A stretch of DNA of 64,000 bases, from contig JAQFVV010000005.1 of NCBI GenBank assembly GCA_028023455.1, positions 5,766,001 through 5,830,000 of the forward strand, given 5' to 3'. The notes beneath the pieces were generated by a model. It was not told where the DNA came from. It made no database searches and worked only from the letters and a program-made list of their open reading frames with translations. Each line of letters starts with the position of its first letter. The stretch's first letter is position 1. Source of the DNA: Epiperipatus broadwayi (Eukaryota; Animalia; Onychophora). The translations under genes were made by a program, and so were the position numbers. This document shows, in pieces, positions 39,379 to 51,127 of the stretch.

Positions 39379-42300
39379 ATGTTCTGCAAAATTGCTGGCA
39401 TTAATATTCGTGGCATCAACTCAATTGATAGAGTTCTAGCTATTAAAAACTGGCTCTCGCTCTGCTACCCTCATATACTTCTTATGGGTGAAACTAAATA
39501 TCACCATAAGACTGATCATAAAATATTATCTCTTCTCTCAGCTCTCGGATTTACTAGATTTTCCATAGGCCATTCTGCTTCAGGTGGAGTCGGTATTCTT
39601 CTCAGCAAGTCAACACCACCAAACAGTTTTAGCATTCTATTCCTAGATGCCAATATTATTGTCATAGAAATAGACTATTGGGGTTATCCGATCATCATAG
39701 CTTATATATATACAGCCAAAGACACCTCTCAATATCTAAAAATAATCTATATCCTAAATGCCATCAACGCTAACAGAACCTCTCCTACTATTCTTCTGGG
39801 AGACTTTAACACTACATACAATGACTTCAACAAGAGATTTTTGCATCTAATAAATCACAGATTAATGTGTGGAGAGGGTTTCTTCCCTCCTGAAGCCTAC
39901 TCTTTCTATACTAAAACTAAAAAGTCCCTGATTGATTTGGTTTTCTACACCCCAGATCTCCATTTCAACCTTGATGCAGCCTTGGCCCCTGTTGCTTTCT
40001 CTGATCATATGGCTCTAATCTTACAACTTACACCTATTGCAATCCCTACACCTATTGATGGACCTGGTAAAACCATGGGCATGATCACCCAATCAAATAT
40101 GACCGAAGCGATTGTGTCTGAGGCATACATCCTTTTCCAGAAAATAAACATCCTTTTCCTGCCTGCTGAGGAGGGCTGGTTTTCCTTCATTGGAATACTT
40201 CAGTCCATATTAAATCACCACACCAGGAAAATCAAAGGACCTAATGGCCTTCTAAATGACCTAACAGACATTAATATACAACTTCAAGCATCACAGCAAA
40301 ATTTCACTAATACAGAAAAAATTATCTTCCTTAAAAATCTCTACAAAATCAAGCAAAAGTCCCTTGCAGAATATATATCCATCAGAAGAGCCAAATGTTT
40401 CTTAGCACAACAACACTGCTGGATGAGAGACTATCTCAGATGGGCACTGGGATACAATAAAAAACAAACCACTCCCTTATCCATTAATACTAATGGAACC
40501 AATCTTATTGGCTTTCCAATGATGCAGCACATCAGCAAACAATTCTGCCAATTAATGCAAAAAGGTGGAGTTCCTCCTACAAACAGCTGGTTTGATGCTG
40601 GTGACCCCGGCGAACATGGCATCATGGAAATCCAAATCAAAAAGATAACATCTCTCCCTGACGGCGTTCATCCTGGCCTTCATGCCATCCCAAATTTCCT
40701 TCTCAAACACCTCAGTCAATTCACTGTGCCAATTATTAAAAAAATGACTGATCACCTAGCCTCCGGCAACAGAAACATAACAGATCTTTACCCAGTGGCA
40801 CTCGTGCCTTTTATTAAAAAAGCAAAACCACTAAACGACATTAACAGTATCTGGCCAATTTCCATGACCCCATTGCTTATCAAGATAATTGAGTCAGTAA
40901 TTAAAGATCAAATACAAACTCAAATTCTTAGCCATATCTTGTCAAACCAATATGGAAAAAAGGGATCATCAACCTCACATGCTATGTCCAATGTAACTAC
41001 ACTGTTCAATTACATCAGAGGACATCGTAAATCAAAACCTATTGCTGTCCAGCTGGATGTTGCGGCAGCATTTGATTCAGTCCAGATAAACATCCTTCTG
41101 GATATTCTGTTGGAATGCGACATTCCAGCTGGGATTGTACAGATGGTCAGCAATCTGCTCAACAACAGAGAGATTTTTCTCTCTCTTGATGGCAAGATCA
41201 CACCAGGCTTCAAGCCATACAAGTCGATCCCTCAAGGATCCCCGCTCAGTGCCCTTTTCTTCACAGCATACATCAACCCTCTTCTGATGGATATGGAAAA
41301 AAACCTCCCTGGAATTTTCCTTCCCTCTCTCAATAAAAACTTCAATGTATTTGCATATATAGATGACATCATGGTTGTGCTTCCCACCATTAAATACCTT
41401 CCTCATCTCATGAACATATTAAACAGAAATACAGCGAAACTTGGCCTACAAATAAATTTTAACAAATCTTCCATCTGGAAGATAATGTCTGGTAAACAAA
41501 TTAACTCTCCCTTTTCTGAAAAACCCCAAAGATACCTAGGTTTTCCAATCTACAAAACTCCAACTGCAATGGCAAGAGAGATTCAAGATGCAATCCTCCA
41601 TTCAACTGAAGCCATCACCACTTCACTCTCTAGAGTATACCTTTCATTATATGGAAAGGTTGGCCTCCTCAACATATCATAATGCCAAAAATCTCATATT
41701 ATCTTCCATTCATTAAAATGTCCAAACAGTTTCAAAATAAAATTAACCGATTATGCATCAAACTTCTCTGGAGAGGAAGGACAGTTGCTATTAGCTTGCG
41801 AGGTATCCAACGACCATGCAGGTTCAATGGACTGTCATTCCACTCAATACAAGCAATCATTTTACAGAAAACCCACAACACTCTACATAATCTGATCCTC
41901 TCTTGCGGATACTCTAACATTATTAAAAAAATTACACCAACAGATCGTCCTCCACCCTCTTCCAATTCATGGATAGCATCCCTAATACAACAACTACAAC
42001 TTTATAACCTGATAATACCCTTTAACCTTAACCAAAAAATCACCTTATGGGAAGCATACAATATAATCAACTATAATCAACAACCCATTAAAACCAGCCT
42101 AAAAGTAACCAATCAAAGACTCATTACACACTTCAAAAGATGGAGTCTGGAACCCAAATTCCTTGACTTCATCATTAAAATAAATCTTAATGCGCTACCC
42201 ACGAATTGGTTTCTTTATCACCGAAGAGGTTTTACCAGCATTGACCCTATATGTGGTCTGTGTGCTCGTGAAGATGAAACCATAGACCATATTATACACC

Positions 42301-42602
42301 GGTGTCCAAGACTTAAAACTCTGAAAGATATAATTATAATCAATTCCAACATAAGACCTGATATGATTTTCTCACTTGAAAATGCCATTCATAATGGTTT
42401 TTTTTCAATAATAAGGCTTTCTACCTTTGTCCTTTATTCCATATGGATAGTGAGATGCAAAAGTCTCATGGAATTCCCCCCCCCACAAATCATACCATTG
42501 TTTTATCAAACGCTCAAAAAAATTAAGAAACGTGACCAGCTCCTTGCCTCCAGTAAAGTCTTTGCTGACACCTGGTCTTTAATTGCTCTTTCCTTTTCCT
42601 GA
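39379..42602 (+). pseudogene. ORF2: AP endonuclease + reverse transcriptase + C-terminal zinc finger; reconstructs to 1074 aa
   Basis: NIRG, GET, GDFN, IDLV, SDH (APE); LDVAAAFDSV, PQGSPLS, YIDD, RYLG (RT); CGLCAREDETIDHIIHRC. A 1-bp deletion near 41676 splits it into the 767-aa and 306-aa ORFs, and RPIS has become WPIS (40852-40854). Confidence 0.93.
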
Positions 42603-45600
42603 CTATCAATTCCCACTTACCCAGCATTATAGAATAGTCATTTATAAAAGAAAATATTCATGTCTATATTAAAAATGCTAATACCATTAAACAAGTTCTT
42701 AGAATCTCTTCACTATACCTAACCACATAAGAGTATAACATTGTGCTCTCATAACATAATCTAGCCAGATGACATATAGAACATTATATAATCATATTAT
42801 TGTACAATTTATTCATTTATTTATCCTTTATTAGTATGTAATCACTATTTATTGTTAATAAAATTTTTATTGAAATGAACATTCTTTACTGTTTCATCAG
42901 AATAAAAACTTGTTGAAACATAATTTTAAATTATCTGCTTTTGGCATCTTTCATTAAAATGAAAGTAATTTTGCTTTTTATCTGAAAGGCTATATTACCA
43001 CAATGTAGTTCTATTTTTTTTTTTTTTTATTTCTATTGAATTTCACTCCACCTGAATTTCAATATTCATTTAATTTTAAATGTATTGTCTTTTCTTCTTT
43101 TTTTTTTTCATTTTTTCACACTCTATAATATCCAATTTAATATTAGACAGCTTTTCTTTCAATTTATGCAATCCTTCTTTGCTTGAAAATGATATATAAT
43201 TTTAGGTAGCTAAGTATAAAATAATCATTAAATGATAGCTTAAATCCAATCTTCAGCAATTATTATTATCCTCTACCTTCAACCATCAACTCCTGTTTTA
43301 ATAGTTGATTTTACAGCTTCTACAAAATGAAGCTATAATTTATTATGGTCTATTATGATTGTAAACACGCACGTACAAAAAAGACAATTCTCACCCATAT
43401 TTGCACATTCATTTGCCCCCGAGAAAATGTAGTTGATGTTCATTTAAAAACTATTAGGGATCTGAAGAGAAAGATTAGGGTGTGGGGTTAAAACTCAAAG
43501 ATAAAAGCTAATAATCTGGTGCTAGTTAGCGAGTAGTACATCCATGTTCATTTACAAAATATATCAAGTCAAATGTCACATGACTTAATAAGAGTTTGTT
43601 TTGCGAGCTCTATATATAATAATGTTCATTTACAATATAAGTAAGTAATCACATATTAAGAAGAGCTGCTTTAATGTAAAAAAACCTTAGAACAGATATT
43701 ATGAATTTACACTGTTATAGTTCATCATTATCTCAAAGATGAACCAAATATTCTTATTCCAGTGAATTGCAAACCCTATTTTGTACTCTTTGTGTAATAT
43801 ATATATATATATAATGTAATAATTGAATGATAAACTTCCTAGTGATTGCTATATTAATGTAACATTCTCTAATATCAATGCAATCTGCAAAGCATATGAA
43901 CCCTGGATTCATTTTTCATCTGTTTTATAGATTGCTACGATACTAGGAAGCATTCCATTAATATAACTAGAATCAGGAAGTTGATTGTTCCTACTATTAA
44001 ATAATGTTTAGTAGTGTATAGTTTGAACGTTACAAACCCACACAAACATATAAATCAAGCATCATACATATATGAAAATAAATAAATGGGGGATAGAAGA
44101 GGCTAATTAAAGTTTTTTAGTTATATAAATTATTAAATACATTCGTCATTATTTTTAGTAAACAAATTTTTTATCTAGTCTATTAATGTGTAATAGGAAT
44201 GATGCATTTATACGTCTGAACTGAATATAATTTCTCTTTCAATTGATTCCAAAACTCATTGGTTTTGTTACAAGATTTGACATCCTTGAATATTGTACCA
44301 TGCAGAGACCTTGGCTTTTTTTTTGACTCCAATTTTCAATGAATAAAATAATAAATTGCCTGCAAAAATATAAAAGTGTGCATTAAGACTTATGGAACCC
44401 CTAAATACACATCCAGTCACACATACGTATATACTTAACAGTAGTGTGGGTGTTTTTTTAAAAAAAAAATAACAACATACAAAAGACTAAAAGAAATAAA
44501 AATAATTATGAAGGTTGTTCTTTTTTTGTATTAAATTCTAATCAATAAAGCTATCTTGGGTGTGGAATTGAAAATATTTTTAACAAAGCAACTAATTTCC
44601 TTGAGTTTTAACAAAACCTTCACTAGAGCGATTTATTGATTTCAAGTCTCAAATTTTAAATTACATTTTTTTTACTTAAAATAACTATTACTACAATATA
44701 ATAATTTGTCTGGTGGTTAAAGCAGACAGCTTATTATCTCAAAATCAAAAGATACAAAATCTAAAGAGTATATATATAGGGGGGGGGGCGGTAGTTCTTA
44801 ACCAGTATTCGGTGTCTTTAATTCATGTGTTACAGACAATAATCTTACATAAGGCAAATATCAATCAAGTTATACCAAAATAGTGAACCCCACCATATAG
44901 CTAAATACCATAAACTTGATAGTTCAAAGTTATTTTAATGTGATGCCATTTGCAGAATATAATATCAGAGCTTTGCATTATATAAAAATGTTAAATATTT
45001 TGGACAAATCTTGTAACAAAAAAAATTATTTACTGAAATTTTGGTATATCAATTAGATTGTATATATATAGAGAAACATTCTTTTAACAATCAATATATA
45101 TATATATACACACAATAAAAAGCTTACTGATGGCAATTGTTATGAAATAAAACCTAAGGCATTATTTATATATTTTTTTATTATCGATTATTCAAAATAG
45201 TTTTTTTGTGACTCATTATATCACTGGAAATTTTTGTAAAATTGTACGAAACATCTTTCAATTCTTCCTCCAGAATCATCTGAAGAAATTTTGGTGCAAG
45301 TTTCTGGATTACCATGAATTAAACCATGATTTTCAATAAACAAAAGCCAGAAGTTACTAAATCAAAGAGAATAAGGTGAATGCTGAAGCATAGCAATGAT
45401 TTTTGGGCCAAAACATTAAAAAATCTTGGTAGTATAAAGCATACTATTATCATGCAGCAATGATTAAGAGTGTTGCTCATTGTAGTCAGGTTCCTGGCAC
45501 AAAATTTTTATATAAACAATTAAAAATGCACAAATATATTTATGGTAAATAATACTTTAGAATTAATAAAGAATGAATAATGGTTGGATTTGACTCTTTT

Positions 45601-46659
45601 GCATTTGCAATTTTTTAAAAATTCTTCTGGAGATTTGTATTTGGAAGATTCCTCATATTGAAAACACTAGATCTTCATCACCTAATATGTGGTCTGAAAA
45701 AAATTCTAGATCTATAATTGTGGTTTATTGCATGTCTTTGCAGGATCAACTCTAGTGCCTTTTTGGTCAGTTATTAATAAGTGGGAACAAAATGTGCATA
45801 ACTTCTTTTTCAAATATTTCATTAGAGGGTGATGCAGGGTTATTTTGATAATGCCAATGAATTCCTCAATGAGTCTAACAGACACATAATAATCAATTTG
45901 AAGAATTTTGGCATCTTTCTGCATTTTTTCTTTATTTTCAGTTGTTTTTGATGCCCGGCCATGATTCATCTTCAATGGTCTCTATGCTACCACTAAATCT
46001 TGCAAACCATTTATTTTTCCAACTCATGGATTCATTGCTACAGTTTGGATTATTGCAAGTATCCAATTCAAAACAAAATGTAATGGTAGCTTGTTATCAA
46101 ACATAGATTTTTTTACCAAGATACACATATTTCTATTTGACATATGCATTGACTACTAGGATTCTATATTTTTTTTCACTGTGATACAATGTGCATAATT
46201 ATAAAGATAGGTAAGATATTGTGCTATCTATCTTCTGTCATTTAATATGTATTTAGGTGAGTGTTAAAGAGAATTAATTGTAACTGATTTTCTGGTGAAA
46301 TGGCAGTATTTTTGGATAGTGAGACTGATCTCAATAAAATGTTAACAGACAATATAAAATGTTTGGGATAAAAATATTAGATAGGAAGTTAGTGAGTATA
46401 TTAGTATTTTGAAATTTGATAACTGATGTTTGAAATAGTGATAAAAAATTGGCATAAAAATTGCAATGGTTAAATGAGCTTTCAATAAAAGTAGGAGTTT
46501 ATTGTAAGAATTATTGAAGCTAAACCTAAAATATATACTTGTTAAATAGGATTTGAATTTAGGATATTCAATCTATATTCATCCTCCACTCTATATCAAC
46601 CAACCAATATACATGACCACACAATGTAAAAAAGATAAATAATGTCCAATATATATATA

Positions 46660-47800
46660 TAAGATTAAGGAAGGGTGGATAATAGATTATATTATTTCTC
46701 CTTTAATATGTTCAGTTTATATTAGTTTTATGGAAGAGGAAATTATTATTAAAAAGAATTGTTTATATATAAAATTATTTGTCAGATATGTTGATGATTG
46801 TTTATTTGTAGTTGAGAATGATAAATTGAAGGAATTTGTAAATGAGTTTAATTGTTTTGATCCTTCTATAAAATTTGTGTTAGAAGGAGGGGGGTTAGAT
46901 TTTGGTAAGTTAGAATTTTTAGATCTTTTGGTGATTAGAAATTAGAAACTAATTGTTTATTGTGCAGTTATTTAGTTAAAAGTAAAGAATTAAGATCTAT
47001 AATTAAACCTGATAGCTCAGTCTGTATCTCATAAAGTAGCTGCTTTAAGGAATTATTGTGATAGGAATATTAAATTAAATAATTCTAATGGGGTAGCTTT
47101 GTTTCAGAAATCAATTTTATAAAGATTACTTGAGTGTTGGATATTCTGATAAATTTGTTAAAAGTATTTTATTTAATAGTAATATTTATAAGGATGTAAA
47201 GGTTAAAGAAAAAAATAATTTTATTTCTTTGCTATTTAAATTGTCTTCTTATAAAATTGTGTGTAGAAATAGTAAATTGTTTGGAAATAAGAAAATTTCT
47301 TGGAAAAGGGGTGTTACGTTGAATAATTTATTAAATAATACAAAAGAAGTTTTTGATAGAAAGACTATTCCTGGTGTAGTATATTTTATCCCTTGTTTAT
47401 TTTGTAAGAAGGTTTACATAGGTCAGAGTAGTTTGAGTTTAAATGAAAGAATAAAGGTTCATAAAAGTAGAGTTAAAAATAGATATCTTAGTTCTGTTTG
47501 TATGTCCATGAAAAAGATGCAGGCCACACTATTGATTTTGATGAAGCTAAGATTGTCTTCTTTGAGAGAAATGAAATCAAAAGAAGAATTAAAGAGTAAT
47601 TTATTATTGAAAATTTATTATTCTGAAGCAATTAACTTATTTAAGAGTTCTTTTAATATTAAGGGTGGATGGGAAGTGAATGGACTTTTGGGTAGTTTGT
47701 AATATTATATATATTGTGTCGTTTTTGGTAGTTCTTTACACTTGAGAAGTCTGCTTGTAGCAGTGAAACCTTAGGTTGTGTTTTAATATTATTTTTATGC
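46660..47800 (+). mobile_element. Penelope-like element 3' half (RT C-terminal region + GIY-YIG), flanked by (TA)n
   Basis: ISPLICSVY...FVRYVDDCLF...LEFLDLLV; PGVVYFIPCLFCKKVYIGQSSLSLNERIKVHK; frameshifted; hammerhead just after the stop. Confidence 0.9.
47738..47781 (+). ncRNA. Penelope 3' hammerhead motif, U3:A8 variant, decayed
   Basis: ACAC TTGAGAA GTCTGC ttgta GCAGT GAAA CC tta GG TT GTGT. Confidence 0.6.
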
Positions 47801-48304
47801 TGGTCTGGTTTAATTTTGGATTTGGGATAGTTTTGAGATATATATATATATATATATATAATACAGAATCAGCATTCATCAATTGGGCCAGATCATAATC
47901 TCCCACAATCAGTGCTCAGCTTCAACAATTCAACCATCCATTTCATTGATAAAACAATGATAGAAACTCAAAGTCCTTGGTGAATTTGATGTTGTAGTCA
48001 TACACATGAAGACATTACATCAATCTAATTCCTCACACTATCAGATCATTATGTATCCATTTATAATAACAAGATAGATGTACTGGACATTTATTACATC
48101 CAAGGCAATATATAATTAATCCATTCAGTATACTGAATGTTTAGTATAATAAACACAGAGATTTGAACATTCCATTATTGACTGTTAAGCAAAATGGATG
48201 ATTGTATTGTTGGAAGGGTGAAAAGATTGAAACCTGTCCATTAAAGTTTAAAAAATTGCTATCTTAATATAAGCTGAGCACTGATTGTATATATGTGTGA
48301 CTGC

Positions 48305-48346
48305 CCAACTGATGAGTGCTGATTCTGCATGAAATGCACATATTGG
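48305..48346 (+). ncRNA. Type I hammerhead ribozyme, family A, all core positions intact
   Basis: CCAA CTGATGA GTGC tgattct GCAT GAAA TGCAC ATA TTGG; predicted cleavage after 48342 (AUA). Confidence 0.8.
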
Positions 48347-48746
48347 TGATCATTTATCTTTTTCACATGTGTGAGATCATGTGTGTTGATTGGTTAAGGT
48401 GGAGTAGAGGATGGATATAGATTGAAAATCCTAAATTCAAATCACTCTATTTACTATAGTAATTATTCAATATATTGAATGAATAGATTAATAGATTTGT
48501 TAAATTATTAGTTGTCTGGACAATTACTTTATACTGACAGAAACATGGACAATTAGAATATGAATTTGAATCAGAATGGAAAGGATATTGGGAAAATAAA
48601 AATTTTAAGTGTTAAAAGGAGTAAATATATATTTAGAATGAAAGGTAATTATAAAAAATGTGTTAAAGACTTTGTATGTGAAAAAGGGATAGGAGAAGAA
48701 AAAAATTGATGATTTTAAAAAGAAAAGTAATTATGAGTATTTTCTG

Positions 48747-49339
48747 TGTATTGACTCTTCAATTATAGTGTATGGATATTAGTTCCTGAACTAGTTTAGA
48801 ATTTGATTCACAAAAGAATTTGTAGTTTATACCAAATTCTCAACTGTTCCAAGTTAAGCGCATGACAAGAGATTGGCATATACAAATTAACACAGTTCTG
48901 GTCCCCAACAAGCTGTATTAGAAAAGCACACTATGTATGTACAATAATTAATTTTTGAAAATATAATTCTGAATGTATAGTTTCTACATCTTAATTCTCT
49001 CCTTTCTTAACGTAGGGTAATTCTCAATTCCCATGCTGTTCCTTGCAATGGATGCTCTGCTAGAATTTTCTGAATGTGCTCTGTACTCTCTCTGGTGTTG
49101 CTTTCCAAATCTCCCCCTTTTATCTGTTTAGTTTCTTTTGTTTTCTGGAGTATACTAGTTTATAATTAAGGTGGACTTTAATTAAATTCATTTCGTTATC
49201 TGATTAATTAGTTTGGTTCAATTAATTGCATTTTAAGCTGACTCAGACAACAACTAATTAGAATGTCTATAATTAAAATATTAGAAATTTAAAATGTATT
49301 TTAAAGGGAATATTTTATGTACGTTTAATTTTAAAATAC
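48747..49339 (-). mobile_element. Probable 3' LTR (about 593 bp) of the gag-only element, preceded by a polypurine tract (49340-49353)
   Basis: Minus strand AGAGTAAGGGAAG then (T)GTATTTT ... GTCAATACA, i.e. TGTATT/AATACA-like termini. No matching 5' LTR seen. Confidence 0.5.
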
Positions 49340-49443
49340 CTTCCCTTACTCTAGAAAACCCCATGATGCGATCTCTTGGTGCTTTGTTTACTCTCTTCCC
49401 AAGCTGGAGAAGCACTTAATTTTTATGATTAACCAATGTAACC

Positions 49444-50700
49444 TTAAAATTTGTGTAAACTCTTCTTTTTCTTCATCATCCTGAGTGCCCTTTTCTCCCA
49501 CTTGGAGAGACTTTGGTTTTTTCCTTGTTCTACAGTTTTTGTATCTGGCAGCTCACTGTCTAAAAATTTCCATTTTTCTAAAAAATCTTTGAAAGTGTCT
49601 ATTTCATTTTTAGACATATTTTCTTGTGGGTCCATTTCATATTGCTGCCAACTCTCTACCTGTTTGGATAATTCTGACATAGTGAGTTTGCTTTGTAATT
49701 TTCTACTAAGTTCTGAGTTTTGTTGTTCAAGTTCTATTAGTTGTTGTCTAGAAACCTTCAATCTTCCTTGAAATTCTTCAAGTTTAGCTGATTTCTATTT
49801 TATGGCCTGCTGACTTTGTGCCAGGGATGTCTGCAGTTGTTTTTTTCTGTGACCAAAATATCTATCATCTGTATGTAAACCTGGAGTTGCTCCTTCAGAG
49901 AACCTTGCTCTTTATGTTGCTTCTGTTCAGAGTCTTTCTGTTCTTCTTCAAGTTGATTTTATAATTTGAAATTATAACTTTTCAGTTCTTATAATTGCAA
50001 GTTGAGTTGTAGCTCAGATTGTATCTTTTTTTTTACCCATGGTAGTTAATTCTTGGTTGCTCGACTCCAATTCTTGTAGTTTGGTCTGTAATTTAATGAT
50101 CTCTATTTGTCCTTGCAAAATAGTCCTATTTCTCATGGCACTGCTTTGCACCTTAGTTGATATGTAGTTAACACTATATGTTCTATCATTTGTGCCAGGA
50201 TTACATTTCCTTTGTCGACTATCCCTTTCTGGTGATTGTCTGCATGCATGTGCAAGATGACCCTTAGTTCGGTATTTGAAACACATTTTTTGTTTCCATT
50301 TACAGTCTTTAGCTATGTGGTCTGTTTTCCCGCAGCAGTAGCATTTAATTCTGTTATTTCTCTGGGGTTCCCATTGAAATGAACTTATTTCTGCTTTATC
50401 AGTTTTGAAAACTTGCTCGTTAATTTGATCTTTTGATCTGAAAGCCTGTGCCTGTGCTAGAATTAGCCCATAGACTATCCCTTTCTTTATAGCACTTTCA
50501 TAGGTTAGGTCAGCCTTTGTTAACAGCTGTTGCCATTTTTCTCCATTTTAAACATGCAAATTAAATAATATGTAAAATCAATAAAGCAGTGAAATCCAAC
50601 TTTGTTGGTTTGACTTTTGGATAGCTGTTTTCTTTGGTAGAGGCACTAATTTTTTTTCCACAAGTAGTTAGAAGTGAATGAGCATAAAAAAGATTAATTG
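49444..50700 (-). pseudogene. gag: Gypsy-like gag with two zinc knuckles and a long coiled-coil-like tail; no pol
   Basis: LLTTCG, QQLLTKADLTYESAIKK, CYCCGKTDHIAKDC-KWKQKM-CFKYRTKGHLAHAC, then Q/E/L/K-rich heptad-like sequence to the stop at 49444; frameshifted. Confidence 0.75.
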
Positions 50701-50750
50701 TTCAGAAATTGCTTGTATGAGATTTGTTTTTGTTTTTTTTATGTGTCAAA

Positions 50751-50821
50751 TGTGTGATCGGGAAGTGAACCCGGGCCAGCTGCCTGGAAGGTAGCTATGT
50801 TAATCACTACGCTACCAACAC
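50751..50821 (-). pseudogene. Retroposed tRNA-Gly(TCC) pseudogene inserted at the gag N-terminal region
   Basis: GTGTTGGTAGCGTAGTGATTAACATAGCTAC-CTTCCAG-GCAGCTGGCCCGGGTTCACTTCCCGATCACACA, followed by TTTGACACAT and an A-rich tail. About 20-bp TSD atgagatttg(t/c)ttttgtttt at 50717-50736 and 50827-50846. Confidence 0.8.
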
Positions 50822-50979
50822 TTGACATGAGATTTGCTTTTGTTTTCAATTGTTTTCTGATTTTATTTAATGCTTATATTTTGATTTATAGACTTGATAG
50901 GAAATTACCATTATTTAATTAATAAGACAATAAATCAATTACTCAAGGTTTTAATAGGTTTATAAATGTAGATGATAAT

Positions 50980-51127
50980 CCTTAAGCTATCAACAATCTC
51001 AACCTGTGATCAAATTGCAATCTTAGTCTCTATATAGATATATCAGACCATAAATAAAGGTGATGCTCACCTTTATTGTTAAAGGAGGTTGCCTTGATTA
51101 CAGGTTGAGATTGTTGGTAGCTTAAGG
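50980..51127. repeat. Short fold-back (34-bp arms, 32/34) with an inner perfect 11-bp hairpin
   Basis: Arms 50980-51013 and 51094-51127; inner AATAAAGGTGA-tgc-TCACCTTTATT at 51053-51077. Confidence 0.85.

Larger units (their letters stand above)
36544..42877 (+). mobile_element. Full-length L1/Tx1-like non-LTR retrotransposon (6334 bp)
   Basis: Perfect 16-bp TSD AACATTCTTTACTGTT at 36528-36543 and 42878-42893; two long ORFs separated by 6 nt; AATAAA at 42857-42862; no poly(A) tail. Confidence 0.95.
46544..48452. mobile_element. Fold-back of the family A hammerhead repeat, itself interrupted by a Penelope-like element
   Basis: 46544-46650 plus 47864-about 48120 form a minus-strand unit, and about 48140-48452 a plus-strand unit. 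A perfect 18-bp palindrome CATTCAGTATACTGAATG lies at the axis (48122-48139). Confidence 0.75.
46250..48746 (+). mobile_element. RTE-clade RT fragment in two pieces (about 46250-46543 and about 48480-48746), split by nested insertions
   Basis: KIAMVK*AFNKSRSLL before the insertions and LL..TETWTI after them, consecutive motifs of the RTE C-terminal region. Confidence 0.55.

Noticed and set aside
37253-41965. Antisense ORFs within the L1/Tx1-like element (e.g. 37253-37549, 41077-41406)
   Set aside because: Short shadows of the long sense ORFs with no motifs.
45240-45975. Open stretches on the minus strand (87-aa ORF and neighbours)
   Set aside because: No recognisable domain and no consistent splice signals.
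49451-49771. 106-aa plus-strand ORF rich in F/S/L/C
   Set aside because: Antisense shadow of the K/E/Q-rich gag tail.
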